Part shown: one piece after another, positions 9,815 to 19,902 of the stretch | Layout of the letters: every line of letters starts with the position of its first letter | Numbering within the stretch: position 1 is the stretch's first letter | Virus record (IMG/VR): IMGVR_UViG_3300026533_000002 | Location: 54,977 to 118,976 of that record | Direction: 5' to 3' (one strand) | DNA from: a virus | DNA: 64,000 nucleotides | The notes under the pieces: model-generated | What the model was told of the DNA's origin: nothing | The model's input: the letters and a program-made list of their open reading frames with translations, nothing else | The model's database searches: none | Translations under genes and position numbers: made by a program

Positions 9815-11221
9815 TTACTCCATTGTTATATTAGTAACATCACCTTTTAACCCATTAACAGGATTATCAACAGGAGATACTAAAAATGTAGCTATCTTCT
9901 GCATCTTAGGAAACTTAGCCCAAGACTGAGGTATATCAGAGTAGTTATCACTTAATGAAATGTAAATAACTTTACTAGGGTCTGGTATATCTGCTTTATC
10001 TATATAATCAAATATACAGTAATGAGAAGTACCTCCACAAGCATATCGTTTGCCCAGTGCTTCTTGGAACTGAGGGTCTTTAGTGATATCAGTATCAGAT
10101 TCTAATATAAACTCTTTTACTACTTCAGTATCATGTACTAGTACAGTAACCTTAGAAATCTTCCTACTATTCTCCTTAATGATATAAAGTAACTTAGCCA
10201 TATCCTCTTCATTCATAGAACCACTATGGTCTAATGATAAGAATATCTCAATAGAACTATTAGTAAATGTCTTATTAGGGCTTTTGAACTTATGTCTATA
10301 GATATTATTTAATGAGGACCAACTAGATGAGAAGTCATTAGTAGCATAGTATACTCTTCGTTGAAATGCTTTCTTAATCTTCTTAAACCAACCAGTCTTA
10401 GTCTTCTTAGCAGCAAACACTGCTCCAAAGATTTCAGCTGAAGCACATCCTTTAGAAGCTTCTCTTAAACCATCTTCAATAGTTTCACCTATATCTACTA
10501 TATGAGCATCATACTCATCGTTTACAAGCTCAAAGTCAGTAATCTTTACTAAGTCATCATCTACAAAGACAAAGCCTTCTAGGCTATCTACTGGCTCAAT
10601 TATAGGTGAGTAAGTATTAACTACATCAGCCATTACCTCTATATCTACCTTATCTTTATAGAACTCATTAAATCGTTGTAACTCTAATACTTCATTAATA
10701 GGTTTCTTAATACCTGCGTTATAGAATAACTCTCTAATAGGTAAGTTTACTTCGTAATGACTAGCTGCAGTAATGTAATGTAAATAGTCCATTTTAGATA
10801 GGTATTGGTCGTATTTAGATATAACTTTACTCATCTTCTTATAATGAGCTACTGTCTGATGTCCTCTAGTAAGTCTTAATAACTCTCTTAAGTATAAGTA
10901 AGTAATAAGAGTATAATTCTTAGTAACTGACTTATGTAACATCTTTAATTGCTTCTCATTAGAGTAGAAGAATGTAAAGAACATCTCAGTAGAATTATCA
11001 TGCTTTAAATAAGCAGATAAGTTAGATGTTAATGAATACATACTCTTCTTAGGTTTAGGTACTTCTGGTAACTTTCTTAACTCTACTCTAATAGGTACAT
11101 TAAGAAATAAGCCAAATGCAGCTTGAGCTGTCTTAGAACCTGCAACAATACTATTTAACTGAATAGCTATCTCTTGGTAGATAACTCTTTCTGTTGATCT
11201 TAAAAACTCTTCTTTCTTCAT
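9815..11221 (-). CDS. DUF2201-like metallopeptidase-like/vWA protein (N4 gp25-like)
   Basis: MIDAS LDHSGSM, GGTS, LSD; directly downstream of a MoxR-like ATPase; HExxH position reads RELLR. Confidence 0.8.
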   Translation of the reverse strand: MKKEEFLRSTERVIYQEIAIQLNSIVAGSKTAQAAFGLFLNVPIRVELRKLPEVPKPKKSMYSLTSNLSAYLKHDNSTEMFFTFFYSNEKQLKMLHKSVTKNYTLITYLYLRELLRLTRGHQTVAHYKKMSKVISKYDQYLSKMDYLHYITAASHYEVNLPIRELFYNAGIKKPINEVLELQRFNEFYKDKVDIEVMADVVNTYSPIIEPVDSLEGFVFVDDDLVKITDFELVNDEYDAHIVDIGETIEDGLREASKGCASAEIFGAVFAAKKTKTGWFKKIKKAFQRRVYYATNDFSSSWSSLNNIYRHKFKSPNKTFTNSSIEIFLSLDHSGSMNEEDMAKLLYIIKENSRKISKVTVLVHDTEVVKEFILESDTDITKDPQFQEALGKRYACGGTSHYCIFDYIDKADIPDPSKVIYISLSDNYSDIPQSWAKFPKMQKIATFLVSPVDNPVNGLKGDVTNITME

Positions 11222-11242
11222 ATTAATCCTTTATATTAGTAC

Positions 11243-12418
11243 CTAGATTATATATCTAGATACTTTACTCATTAACTCATCTGCATTAGTAAACTTATAC
11301 TTAAATGCTTTAGTTAACTGAGCTTTAGTAGCTTTACTGTATAGCTTCACATCAGCCTTATTACCTAATAGTATATCTATTACTACTCTTACACCGTCTG
11401 ACAGTTCATCACCATTACTAGTGTATTGTGAGTATAAGTTACCTAATACAAATGCTACAAAGGCTTCTTCATCCTTATTAGCTTCTATTAGATCCATTAA
11501 ATACACACCATCTGCAATAGTACTAATAAAGTTAACTACATAAGGGTAAGTCATAATATCAATAGTAGACATAGTAGACATATCTTTTACATCTTTATCT
11601 TTTACCATCTTATTAAAGTCAATAGCATCTATATAAGCTACATGACTATGAAAGTCTTTAGCTCTTTCTTTAGACATCTGCATACCAGCAATAGTATCTG
11701 CATTATGCAATACAAAGTCATTAGGATACATAGGTAACTCAGTAGCAATAGCAGTCCAAGCTCTAGCAGTAGCATAACCTTCTACACTAGTAGACTCTTC
11801 TTCCATTATACCTTTAGGCTTAGCTCTTAGGTATGAAGCTACACGGTAATCTAAGTTCTTACCAAAAGAGTCAAACCACCAATCAAAGTTAAACTCAACT
11901 TCTAAGATACTCATACGATTACGTACAGCAGAGTTTATACCACCAAATCCTGCTTCTGTACTTGTATTCATAGTACCTAAGATTACAACATTATCAGGTA
12001 GTTTATAGTTACCTAACATTCTTTGTAATAGTAACTTATAGAAATAAGCTTGTAAATGAGGAGCTACCATATGAAAATCATCTAATAGTAAGATAGTATC
12101 CTTCTCTTCTGCTAAGTCCATAGTATTAGCCATTATCTCTGGTATACTCCATTTAGTAGCATTAACATCCTCATCAATTACAGAGTACTTATTATACTTA
12201 GTGGCTTTATATTCATCAGGTAACCCATTTAAAACCTCTATTGTAATGCTGGGAGCCGATACATCTAATAGATTCATATCTAGATTCTTAGCTATTACAC
12301 TTATTGCACTAGATTTTCCAGAACCTGGCGACCCTGCAATAAACAGTGGTGATGTGCTTTTATTAAGTAGTTGCGATTTGATGTTTGTTTCTATAATTGT
12401 TATGTCTTTATTAGTCAT
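11243..12418 (-). CDS. MoxR-like AAA+ ATPase (N4 gp24-like)
   Basis: Walker A GSPGSGKS, Walker B LLLDD, LPDNVVILGTMN, SAVRNR, ATARAW. Confidence 0.88.
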   Translation of the reverse strand: MTNKDITIIETNIKSQLLNKSTSPLFIAGSPGSGKSSAISVIAKNLDMNLLDVSAPSITIEVLNGLPDEYKATKYNKYSVIDEDVNATKWSIPEIMANTMDLAEEKDTILLLDDFHMVAPHLQAYFYKLLLQRMLGNYKLPDNVVILGTMNTSTEAGFGGINSAVRNRMSILEVEFNFDWWFDSFGKNLDYRVASYLRAKPKGIMEEESTSVEGYATARAWTAIATELPMYPNDFVLHNADTIAGMQMSKERAKDFHSHVAYIDAIDFNKMVKDKDVKDMSTMSTIDIMTYPYVVNFISTIADGVYLMDLIEANKDEEAFVAFVLGNLYSQYTSNGDELSDGVRVVIDILLGNKADVKLYSKATKAQLTKAFKYKFTNADELMSKVSRYII

Positions 12419-12549
12419 TATTAATCCTTTTATTTAATCTTATTATGCTGGTGTATACGTTGTTTTAAGAGGTGTATAAGCCTCTAAACTGCTAACAGGT
12501 ACTATGACATACCTGAAGCAGTATAATGCCTTGCAAGGCATTATATGGT

Positions 12550-13593
12550 CTAGATAAACTTAGATAGGTCGAATTTCTTAATAGTTTTAGTTAAGTAAAC
12601 TGTGCCATGATGATTATCACTGTATATCAGATTATTACCTTCTACATATTTTAAATCATTACTACCGAAGTACTTATTATTAAACTCGTCTTCAGCAGGG
12701 AATATCTCAATATCGTAGTTATTATCTAATTCTAAGTTATGTATAGTTTCTAATGGTACTTCAGTTCCGTCAGTATGCAATAACTTAGTAATAGTGTAAA
12801 CTTCTCTATCACCAGATGAAACATCTATGTTCAAGTCTTCTATTAAAGTTAGGATTAACTGCTCAGGGAATCTATTAGATTCTTCTATAATAGCATCAAG
12901 TATATCGAATGTAAACATTTTAGCTGTTCTATACACATACACAATCTCATCAACTCTTTCAGACTCTAATTTAGCTTCACATACTTTACGTATTACATCT
13001 TCAGGTAGCTTACCATATTCAAAGCTATACAGCATACGTCCAGGTCTATCTTTTAGGAACTCACTGATATGTCTTTTATAGTTATCAATAACTATAGATA
13101 AGCGTTTAGACGATGCTACTCCGTCAAAGAAGGACAGTAATGCATCTTGCGTGCTATTCCCATCTCTCCCTTTATACACTTTAGCAAACTCATCAAATAT
13201 TACTACCACTACACCTAAGTCATTGATAAAAGTATTGAATGAATCACCGCTATAAGACTCATTAACTAATACTACTGGAGTACCTTGAGCGATGGCCATA
13301 TTAGCTACTCTTTTAGCTAACTGTGTCTTACCACTTCCACGAGTCCCTGCTAATAATACTCCTGTTGCAGCATCTCTTACATTAAATGCTTTAATGATCT
13401 TACCAGCTCTTTCTTCTGTGTTACCGTATAGAGTAGGCTCACTAAATTTATCTTTACTTATTTCTAAGTAGTAAGTACCTGATAATGGTTCTTGACATAC
13501 TGTATAAACTTTAGGAGCTAACTTAGTAACTAACCCATCCTCATTGAACTTAATTACTTTTACTATATCACCTGTTGTTGAAAATCCATGCAT
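12550..13593 (-). CDS. AAA+ ATPase
   Basis: GTRGSGKT, VIFDEFAK, LLSFFDG, RPGR. Confidence 0.88.
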   Translation of the reverse strand: MHGFSTTGDIVKVIKFNEDGLVTKLAPKVYTVCQEPLSGTYYLEISKDKFSEPTLYGNTEERAGKIIKAFNVRDAATGVLLAGTRGSGKTQLAKRVANMAIAQGTPVVLVNESYSGDSFNTFINDLGVVVVIFDEFAKVYKGRDGNSTQDALLSFFDGVASSKRLSIVIDNYKRHISEFLKDRPGRMLYSFEYGKLPEDVIRKVCEAKLESERVDEIVYVYRTAKMFTFDILDAIIEESNRFPEQLILTLIEDLNIDVSSGDREVYTITKLLHTDGTEVPLETIHNLELDNNYDIEIFPAEDEFNNKYFGSNDLKYVEGNNLIYSDNHHGTVYLTKTIKKFDLSKFI

Positions 13594-13603
13594 TAATTAT
13601 TCC

Positions 13604-13807
13604 TTATATTTCTTTTAAGACACCTCTTATATAGTGTCCATATTCTTTACACTTAGCTTCTAGTTCTAAGTACTCTTCTATAAACTCATCTGACACAAAC
13701 ATATCAATAAATACTTCAATATCATAATGAGCTTCATCATCCATAATAGCTTCTACCTTAGCATCATTACATTCTTGCAGTAATTCATACTCTTTCTCTT
13801 CACTCAT
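13604..13807 (-). CDS. small acidic protein
   Basis: 67 aa, GGAG RBS. Confidence 0.55.
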   Translation of the reverse strand: MSEEKEYELLQECNDAKVEAIMDDEAHYDIEVFIDMFVSDEFIEEYLELEAKCKEYGHYIRGVLKEI

Positions 13808-13819
13808 AATTAAACTCCA

Positions 13820-14023
13820 TTAATACATCCTTCTATAGAAATTAAATAACTTATAAGCAGGACCTACAGTAGTCTTATCTCCACATATCCCGCAAACACC
13901 TTTCCTTACTGTCAACACATCAGCATAAGGAGGTTGTTTACTATGTACGTCAGCACAAGGTAGGCAAACTAACTTAATGTTACCTTCCTTGACTTCATTA
14001 TTGTAATCCATTACTTGTTCCAA
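13820..14023 (-). CDS. small zinc-finger protein
   Basis: CxxC...CxxC. Confidence 0.6.
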   Translation of the reverse strand: MEQVMDYNNEVKEGNIKLVCLPCADVHSKQPPYADVLTVRKGVCGICGDKTTVGPAYKLFNFYRRMY

Positions 14024-14607
14024 GTACTAAACATAGCATCTGTAAATACTACTGGGTAAACTTCTTGCAACTGTTTAAATATTTCAGTAGCAATAGCTCT
14101 TACTTCTTTTTGTGCTCTAGGTGATAATCTTAAATTAAAGAAGTCCCAATAAGCTTGTAAGTTACCAGTCAATACCATTGACGTAGACACATTAGTAGAC
14201 AACACTGCTCTAGCATCTTCCTTCTTAACACCTAAATCTCTTAACTTATTATAAGTAGTTACTGAAGACTCCCATTGAGCTAACATTAGCTTCTCTTGTT
14301 CTTCAGTTAAATCTTTAGGCATTATAAAGTTAGACCCGTCTTTATTAATATCTACATATCTTAATGATCTAACCATAAAATCCATATGACTACCACTTCT
14401 AAGAATATGTACATGAGCTGGTACAGATATATCTTCTATCTTAAATGTTGCATAAGCAAATCTAAGTGCAGATAGGTGTTTATGGTCATGTATCAGTGTA
14501 GAGGTAATATCTTTACCTCCATCTTCTAGTGACTTAGTGTTATAGCAGGTTTTAGCAGTCTCACCTATAAACTCTGCTGGTGTCGACATTATTAGTTCTA
14601 TATTCAT
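14011..14607 (-). CDS. thyX: flavin-dependent thymidylate synthase (phage-type variant)
   Basis: AKTCY, HLSALRF, SLRYV, KKEDARAVL, GNLQA, LRLSPRAQKEVR. Confidence 0.9.
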   Translation of the reverse strand: MNIELIMSTPAEFIGETAKTCYNTKSLEDGGKDITSTLIHDHKHLSALRFAYATFKIEDISVPAHVHILRSGSHMDFMVRSLRYVDINKDGSNFIMPKDLTEEQEKLMLAQWESSVTTYNKLRDLGVKKEDARAVLSTNVSTSMVLTGNLQAYWDFFNLRLSPRAQKEVRAIATEIFKQLQEVYPVVFTDAMFSTWNK

Positions 14608-14608
14608 A

Positions 14609-15976
14609 TTAATCCTTTAGTTTAACCCATGAAGGTAATGTGCCTACCTCTGGGTGTGATTTACTACTAACTACACTAGTAATATACTCAGCATCTTTAG
14701 TAACTTTATCTCTTAGCTTAATAGTCTTTTCTTCTACCATCTTAGCTGTACGAGAACCTCTAGTTAATGAATCTGCTATATACTTAGATGTATGTGTATC
14801 ATTTATTTGCATATCCATTAATTCCTCTATAACTTTATGTGAGTTATTAGATGTGTCTTCTGCTACAGAAGTAATTAGATCAGTTACACTGGTATACATA
14901 CTCTGTGAATCTTGCAATGTACCTAATACACTGGCTAGAGCCATCTCATCAGTCAAATCTGTCTTAAGTGATGGTAAGTCTTTACCAAATGCTAATATAG
15001 TTCCTTGGGCTGCTATAATCACAGCCTCTAGTTTAACTACCCTAGCTCTTAGCTTCTCTGCTGAAGACTTTATCTGTGTATCTAATGCTAACTCAGAAGT
15101 TGGTATATCAATCTGATACTGGTATTTAGCTAATGCTTCTGTTGATACTACTACTAATTCATCTAATGCAGTTATCTGCGCTAGTAGTAGTACTCTTGAG
15201 TGTTGTAGCTGTTCTCCAGCTTTAAGTAACTCATCATACTTAACACTTACAAGTCCAAATAAGCTATCTATTGACTCTTGTATAGATCTACCTATACTAA
15301 CTTTATCTACTAAAGATTTAGTCCAACCTGTGCTATACGCAAATCTACGGAATGCTGCAGTGTACTTATTATCTTCAGAACTAGCTAAAGTTCTAATCTC
15401 AGACTCAGCTTTAATAAACATCTTAGCCAACTCATCTTTGTCTGCTAGGATAGAGTCAGCATTAATACTTTCATTAATCTCTGAAACAGTGCCAATAACT
15501 CTTAGATACTCATCTCTCAAGTCACTAGTCTTACTAGTAATAATACTAATTGGCTCTACTTCACTTAGTCCTTTACTTCCATTGAACTTAGCTCCTTCTT
15601 CTACTAATACTTCATCTAAGTTCTTACTGTCTAACATTGCATCTAATGCTTTTGTAACTTCTCTAACTACTTGAGAGCCATAAGAAGCCATTAGTGGGAT
15701 ATAAGTTATGCTATTAGTAATTTCCAATGCTTCAAACTCTATATACCATGACTTATTTTCTAGCACTATTACCTGTATCTCTACTTCAATACCTCTATGA
15801 GTTATCTTTTTAGAAGTGGCAAGAGCTTCCTTATACCTAGCAGTTGTACTTCTACCTTCTTCAGTGGTATAATAAGCACACTCCATAACAGATGGTGATA
15901 GTTCCATTAACATTAAATAGCAGATATCATTATCCCAAGCTAATATACCTGGAGTTATTTCTTTTAATCTTTTCAT
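14609..15976 (-). CDS. large helical protein, possibly TelA/toxic-anion-resistance-like
   Basis: Long amphipathic helices, SIQESIDSLF segment; family assignment from memory only. Confidence 0.4.
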   Translation of the reverse strand: MKRLKEITPGILAWDNDICYLMLMELSPSVMECAYYTTEEGRSTTARYKEALATSKKITHRGIEVEIQVIVLENKSWYIEFEALEITNSITYIPLMASYGSQVVREVTKALDAMLDSKNLDEVLVEEGAKFNGSKGLSEVEPISIITSKTSDLRDEYLRVIGTVSEINESINADSILADKDELAKMFIKAESEIRTLASSEDNKYTAAFRRFAYSTGWTKSLVDKVSIGRSIQESIDSLFGLVSVKYDELLKAGEQLQHSRVLLLAQITALDELVVVSTEALAKYQYQIDIPTSELALDTQIKSSAEKLRARVVKLEAVIIAAQGTILAFGKDLPSLKTDLTDEMALASVLGTLQDSQSMYTSVTDLITSVAEDTSNNSHKVIEELMDMQINDTHTSKYIADSLTRGSRTAKMVEEKTIKLRDKVTKDAEYITSVVSSKSHPEVGTLPSWVKLKD

Positions 15977-16007
15977 TTCTATCCTTATTTTTAAATTAGA
16001 GTTAGAG

Positions 16008-17483
16008 CTAAGAATTTAATCTTGCTCTAATCTCTTCTAGTGTTACTGTTGTTAAGACTTTACCGTCTTTATATACAGGCTTTAGAAGCCCTTCAGCCTC
16101 TTCTTCTACTGTACATTGGTCTTTGTATGATAAATCATTATTGACTTTAATAAGCCCCTTAGCTGACCGTTTACCACTATCAGTTTTAGGTTCTTTACTC
16201 ACATCAATAGATTTACCGCCTACAATACAGTGAGTTGCTTTTATGGCAAATCCTAGCGTATCTCTAGTAATCATTTGCTGTGCATATGCTCCAGCTCCTA
16301 CCACTAAGTTATCAGAACTAAAGCCCATAGTTTCCATACGAGCTAAAATAGCTTCATACTTATTAGGAGGAATAGCATCACCATAAATAATACCAATATG
16401 AGGATCTAGTACTTTATAACCTTTAGAGTTAGTAATACCTCCGAATATATTCCATAATGCTCTTAGTAGTCCTAATCTTTCATATTTAGTACCAGCTTCT
16501 AAGTCTCCGCAGATTACATCAATAGGTAATCCACTATCTGGTCTAATTACTAGCTTGCCTTCTCTACTAGTAATTACATCCTTTAATGCAGGTAAGTTAT
16601 GCTCGATAACTCCCCAGAAGTCGTAACTATCACTTACTACACTAACAATACCTGTAGGAGCTATTTCAGTAAGTAACTTAGTAAGATACTGTTTCTCAGC
16701 TTCTAATTTATCACCTCCAATAGTATTGATGTTAATAGTCATAGAACTATGCTCAGTAGCCATTACACTGTTTCCACAGCTTACATCAGCATCATAGTAG
16801 TACTTAGCTCCTAGTACAGCTTGAACTGTATCAGTACCATTGAAGCAAGTAAGATGAGCAATAGAGCTAGTACTCCACTCATTAGAACTTCCTAAACCTC
16901 TAGCAGCAAAGTCATGTACTTGCCAAGGCATAAAGTCAGCAGTGTCAGCAGTAAGCTTGTTATACTTACTAAGAGTTCTCTTATACTCGTAAGCACTTGT
17001 AGCCATAGTTATAGGCTTCCATATATTACTTGATAAGTAAGTCTCTAAGTAGTTTACTAACCAAGCAAAGTTATCATGAGTATTAGTGATAGTGAAGATA
17101 GGAGTCTTGATAGGAGACCTAGTACCTTCATCTAAAGCTTTTATACTAATAGGTAAATAACCTAACTCATGTAATTCTTTCCACATAGATACATCTACTT
17201 CTGCTAAACCTAACATACCTTTCAATACATTAGTGTATTCACTAGTAATATCATTAATATCAGCTTCAAAGAAGTTAGTTTGCCATTCTTCTTGTAATTT
17301 AGTTACTAATGCTTTAATACCAAATACAACTACCTTATCATCAAAGCCATCAGCTTTAAGACTAAAGTGTTTACTACTACGAGGTGTTAAGTTAGAGTAC
17401 ATAGAAGTCATCTCTTTAGGATACTGAGCTCTATGTCCTAACTTATAAGCATCTACACTTAATGTTGGGTTTAATTTAATCAT
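16008..17483 (-). CDS. nicotinamide phosphoribosyltransferase-like protein (Namat/Nampt)
   Basis: DAYKLGHRAQYP, HDFAARG, ATEHS, SVVSDSYD, VIRPDSG, IYGDAI, RDTLGFAIKAT, KTDSGKRSAKG. Confidence 0.95.
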   Translation of the reverse strand: MIKLNPTLSVDAYKLGHRAQYPKEMTSMYSNLTPRSSKHFSLKADGFDDKVVVFGIKALVTKLQEEWQTNFFEADINDITSEYTNVLKGMLGLAEVDVSMWKELHELGYLPISIKALDEGTRSPIKTPIFTITNTHDNFAWLVNYLETYLSSNIWKPITMATSAYEYKRTLSKYNKLTADTADFMPWQVHDFAARGLGSSNEWSTSSIAHLTCFNGTDTVQAVLGAKYYYDADVSCGNSVMATEHSSMTININTIGGDKLEAEKQYLTKLLTEIAPTGIVSVVSDSYDFWGVIEHNLPALKDVITSREGKLVIRPDSGLPIDVICGDLEAGTKYERLGLLRALWNIFGGITNSKGYKVLDPHIGIIYGDAIPPNKYEAILARMETMGFSSDNLVVGAGAYAQQMITRDTLGFAIKATHCIVGGKSIDVSKEPKTDSGKRSAKGLIKVNNDLSYKDQCTVEEEAEGLLKPVYKDGKVLTTVTLEEIRARLNS

Positions 17484-17872
17484 TGTTTTATTTCCTTTAT
17501 TACTTGTTGTAGAGTTTCAACTGCACCACCTAGATGAGCTGAATCATCTAATAGTAGATTGAAGTGTGGTTTAATAGTAACTTCACCTAAGTCTATCGGA
17601 GACTTGTTAATGTAGTCAAATACTAAACCATTAGCTTTGCAGTTATCAATTATCACATCTAGTCTTTTTGTATTAGAAGTCCATAGACATAGTTTACATC
17701 CTAAGTTCTGAGCTTCTAATACTAAGTCTGATATACCTTTATAGTATTCACCGGTTTCTAAGTCACATAAGGTATTATCATAGTCTACACCAATGACAAG
17801 TGACTTATGTTCTTCGTATTGCTTAACTAGCTTAGATACTCTATTCTCAGTTAGTAAGTAGGGATTACTCAT
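17480..17872 (-). CDS. HAD-superfamily small hydrolase
   Basis: Motif I VDYDNTL, LWTS, KP..LLDD. Confidence 0.75.
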   Translation of the reverse strand: MSNPYLLTENRVSKLVKQYEEHKSLVIGVDYDNTLCDLETGEYYKGISDLVLEAQNLGCKLCLWTSNTKRLDVIIDNCKANGLVFDYINKSPIDLGEVTIKPHFNLLLDDSAHLGGAVETLQQVIKEIKQ

Positions 17873-18675
17873 AACTTAATAACTTTTACTTCTTCTAATG
17901 CGCTTATTGAATAAGGCACTACAGAGTTAGTTGTTATAAATTTACTAATACCTGCTTCTCTTAACTCTTCTAAGCCTTTATGAACAAATAGGTGAGTTAC
18001 GTATAAAGTAATCTCTCCAACACCTTTAGCTTTTAATGCTTTAGCTAGCTCAACAAAAGTACGGCCATTAGCACATATATCATCTACTATAAGACAAGAC
18101 TTACCCTCTAAATCATCAGAGTACACTACAGTACCTGTAATATTACCAGTAAGTAAATCCCTAGTTTTATCAGCTCTTAGCATTGGTACTCTACTCCAAG
18201 TAGCTAACTCTTGTACTTGCTTAATACTGCCTGCATCTGGTGCTACTAAATAATCATACTTATCAGAAAGATTAGGTATACTATGGCCTAGTATACTTAC
18301 TTTACCTCTATTAGTACAGTTATTAAGTAATGCTGTAATTACATCAGAATGATTGTCATATGTAGTTACACTAGTAAAGTTGCATGAGTTAATTAAGCTA
18401 GCAAATACACTAGCACCTAGTTGTTGCCCTTCTTGACATACTCTATCATCTCTAGAATACATAACATAAGGTATTACTAAGCTCAAGTTAATAACACCTT
18501 TTCTTCTCAAGGCATCTACTAAGCATAGTAATTCCATTATCTCGTCAGAAGACTGAGGACTACCTATAATAGTAACATCCTTATCTAAGAACATAGATTT
18601 CAACTTTACATTTATCTCTCCAGATTGGAACTTAAATGTATCATAATCTATACCTATCATTTTATACGTACTCAT
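17869..18675 (-). CDS. ribose-phosphate pyrophosphokinase-like protein (Adps/Prs)
   Basis: FQSGE, PYVMYSRDDR, DNHS, APDAG, KTRD, IVDDICANGRTF, LYVTH. Confidence 0.93.
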   Translation of the reverse strand: MSTYKMIGIDYDTFKFQSGEINVKLKSMFLDKDVTIIGSPQSSDEIMELLCLVDALRRKGVINLSLVIPYVMYSRDDRVCQEGQQLGASVFASLINSCNFTSVTTYDNHSDVITALLNNCTNRGKVSILGHSIPNLSDKYDYLVAPDAGSIKQVQELATWSRVPMLRADKTRDLLTGNITGTVVYSDDLEGKSCLIVDDICANGRTFVELAKALKAKGVGEITLYVTHLFVHKGLEELREAGISKFITTNSVVPYSISALEEVKVIKL

Positions 18676-18689
18676 TGGTACTCCTTATT

Positions 18690-18812
18690 TAGTTTATACT
18701 CGTTTAACGGAGTTGTCCTTTATTTCAACTGCAGGAATTTCACCTGCTTTACTATTGCTAGCTATTTAATTACTTTAATAGGAGATGTGTTATGCGTCAT
18801 TGGTAGCGGTGT
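18690..18812 (-). ncRNA. candidate structured leader RNA with T-loop hairpin upstream of the Prs-like gene
   Basis: GCAGG-TGAAATT-CCTGC (18731-18747), followed by AGTTG..CAACT hairpin. Confidence 0.3.
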
Positions 18813-18815
18813 ATA

Positions 18816-19535
18816 CTACTTTATATTATTAAGAGCCGCTCCAGGTAGTATGTCTTTATACAACTTCCTTAACTGATCAGCTTGAACAGCTCTAGCTTGT
18901 CCGTACATTTTTGAAGCTTCTTCAGCTGTATTAAAGTACCCAAGATGCTTCTTCTTACCATCAATATTTATGTATGCCACCCATTTAGCACAATCTTTAC
19001 GTAAATGCACTCCGGTAAATCCACTAGTATTATTTGAGTTACTATTAGCTAGAAAACTATTAAGCCTACCTGGTATAAATAAGCAGCTATCTGGTTGGTA
19101 GATTTTACACCCTACACCTAGAAGGTCTTTATCTAATTCAAATCCTTCAATGTAGTTAGTTTCGAACCATTTACCAAAGACTTGTAAGTTATGCCATTCT
19201 TTACACACTGTTACGTCTTTATAAGTAGGCTTCTTCTCATGATATTTAGAGTAGTACGCTCTCTCCAGCATCCCTTGCCAAGTACTATACAGTTTACAGT
19301 GATCCTTACTATTGTAATGCCCTACTCCTACGTAACCCTTCCCAAATACCGAGGGGTTGTAAGGATTTTTCACACTTCCATTTCTAAATGCACTTGATTG
19401 AACTTCAGTTTCGTAGTTATCTATCTTTACTAGCAGGTAATGATTTCTGCTACCTCCGTCAATACATTCACATTTATAGCCTTCGTTAGTAATAATAATT
19501 TTACCTATACTACTCCTACAGTATTTCCTTTCCAT
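18816..19535 (-). CDS. HNH-type homing endonuclease with AP2 domain
   Basis: WQGMLER, VCKEW, LDKDL, NNTSGFTGVH..WVAYI..KKHLGYF. Confidence 0.85.
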   Translation of the reverse strand: MERKYCRSSIGKIIITNEGYKCECIDGGSRNHYLLVKIDNYETEVQSSAFRNGSVKNPYNPSVFGKGYVGVGHYNSKDHCKLYSTWQGMLERAYYSKYHEKKPTYKDVTVCKEWHNLQVFGKWFETNYIEGFELDKDLLGVGCKIYQPDSCLFIPGRLNSFLANSNSNNTSGFTGVHLRKDCAKWVAYINIDGKKKHLGYFNTAEEASKMYGQARAVQADQLRKLYKDILPGAALNNIK

Positions 19536-19586
19536 GTGATACCTTGTTGTAATTTATGATAATACTTAACATTAACTTTATCCTAT

Positions 19587-19889
19587 TCATTTTAAATCCT
19601 CATTTATTATCTCCCGTACATTATTAATACGAAAGTCTTCAGCTACTTTTAGATCTGGTAAGACCTTTGTAGTACTAATATCCATAGTTTGTCTAATAAC
19701 TCTTTCATGGGTATTAGTTCCATCTATTCTAATCATTGATAGTAAGAATAGAACTATTACCATAATTACTGCTATAAAGTACTGGACACTTTTCTTCCAC
19801 TTATACCAAATAGAAGCAATAAGTAATGCTGGTAGTACTACTGATAACAGTGTTACTATTGTCTTATAAGATACTATAACTATTTCCAT
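19587..19889 (-). CDS. two-TM membrane protein
   Basis: Two hydrophobic helices at N-terminus. Confidence 0.6.
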   Translation of the reverse strand: MEIVIVSYKTIVTLLSVVLPALLIASIWYKWKKSVQYFIAVIMVIVLFLLSMIRIDGTNTHERVIRQTMDISTTKVLPDLKVAEDFRINNVREIINEDLK

Positions 19890-19902
19890 TTAATCTTCTT
19901 AA

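Noticed and set aside
14011-14607. ThyX lacking the canonical RHR motif as a sign of new chemistry
   Set aside because: Catalytic SxRY and other motifs are retained; I recall similar RS-H-DF variants in other phage ThyX proteins, so the evidence is weak
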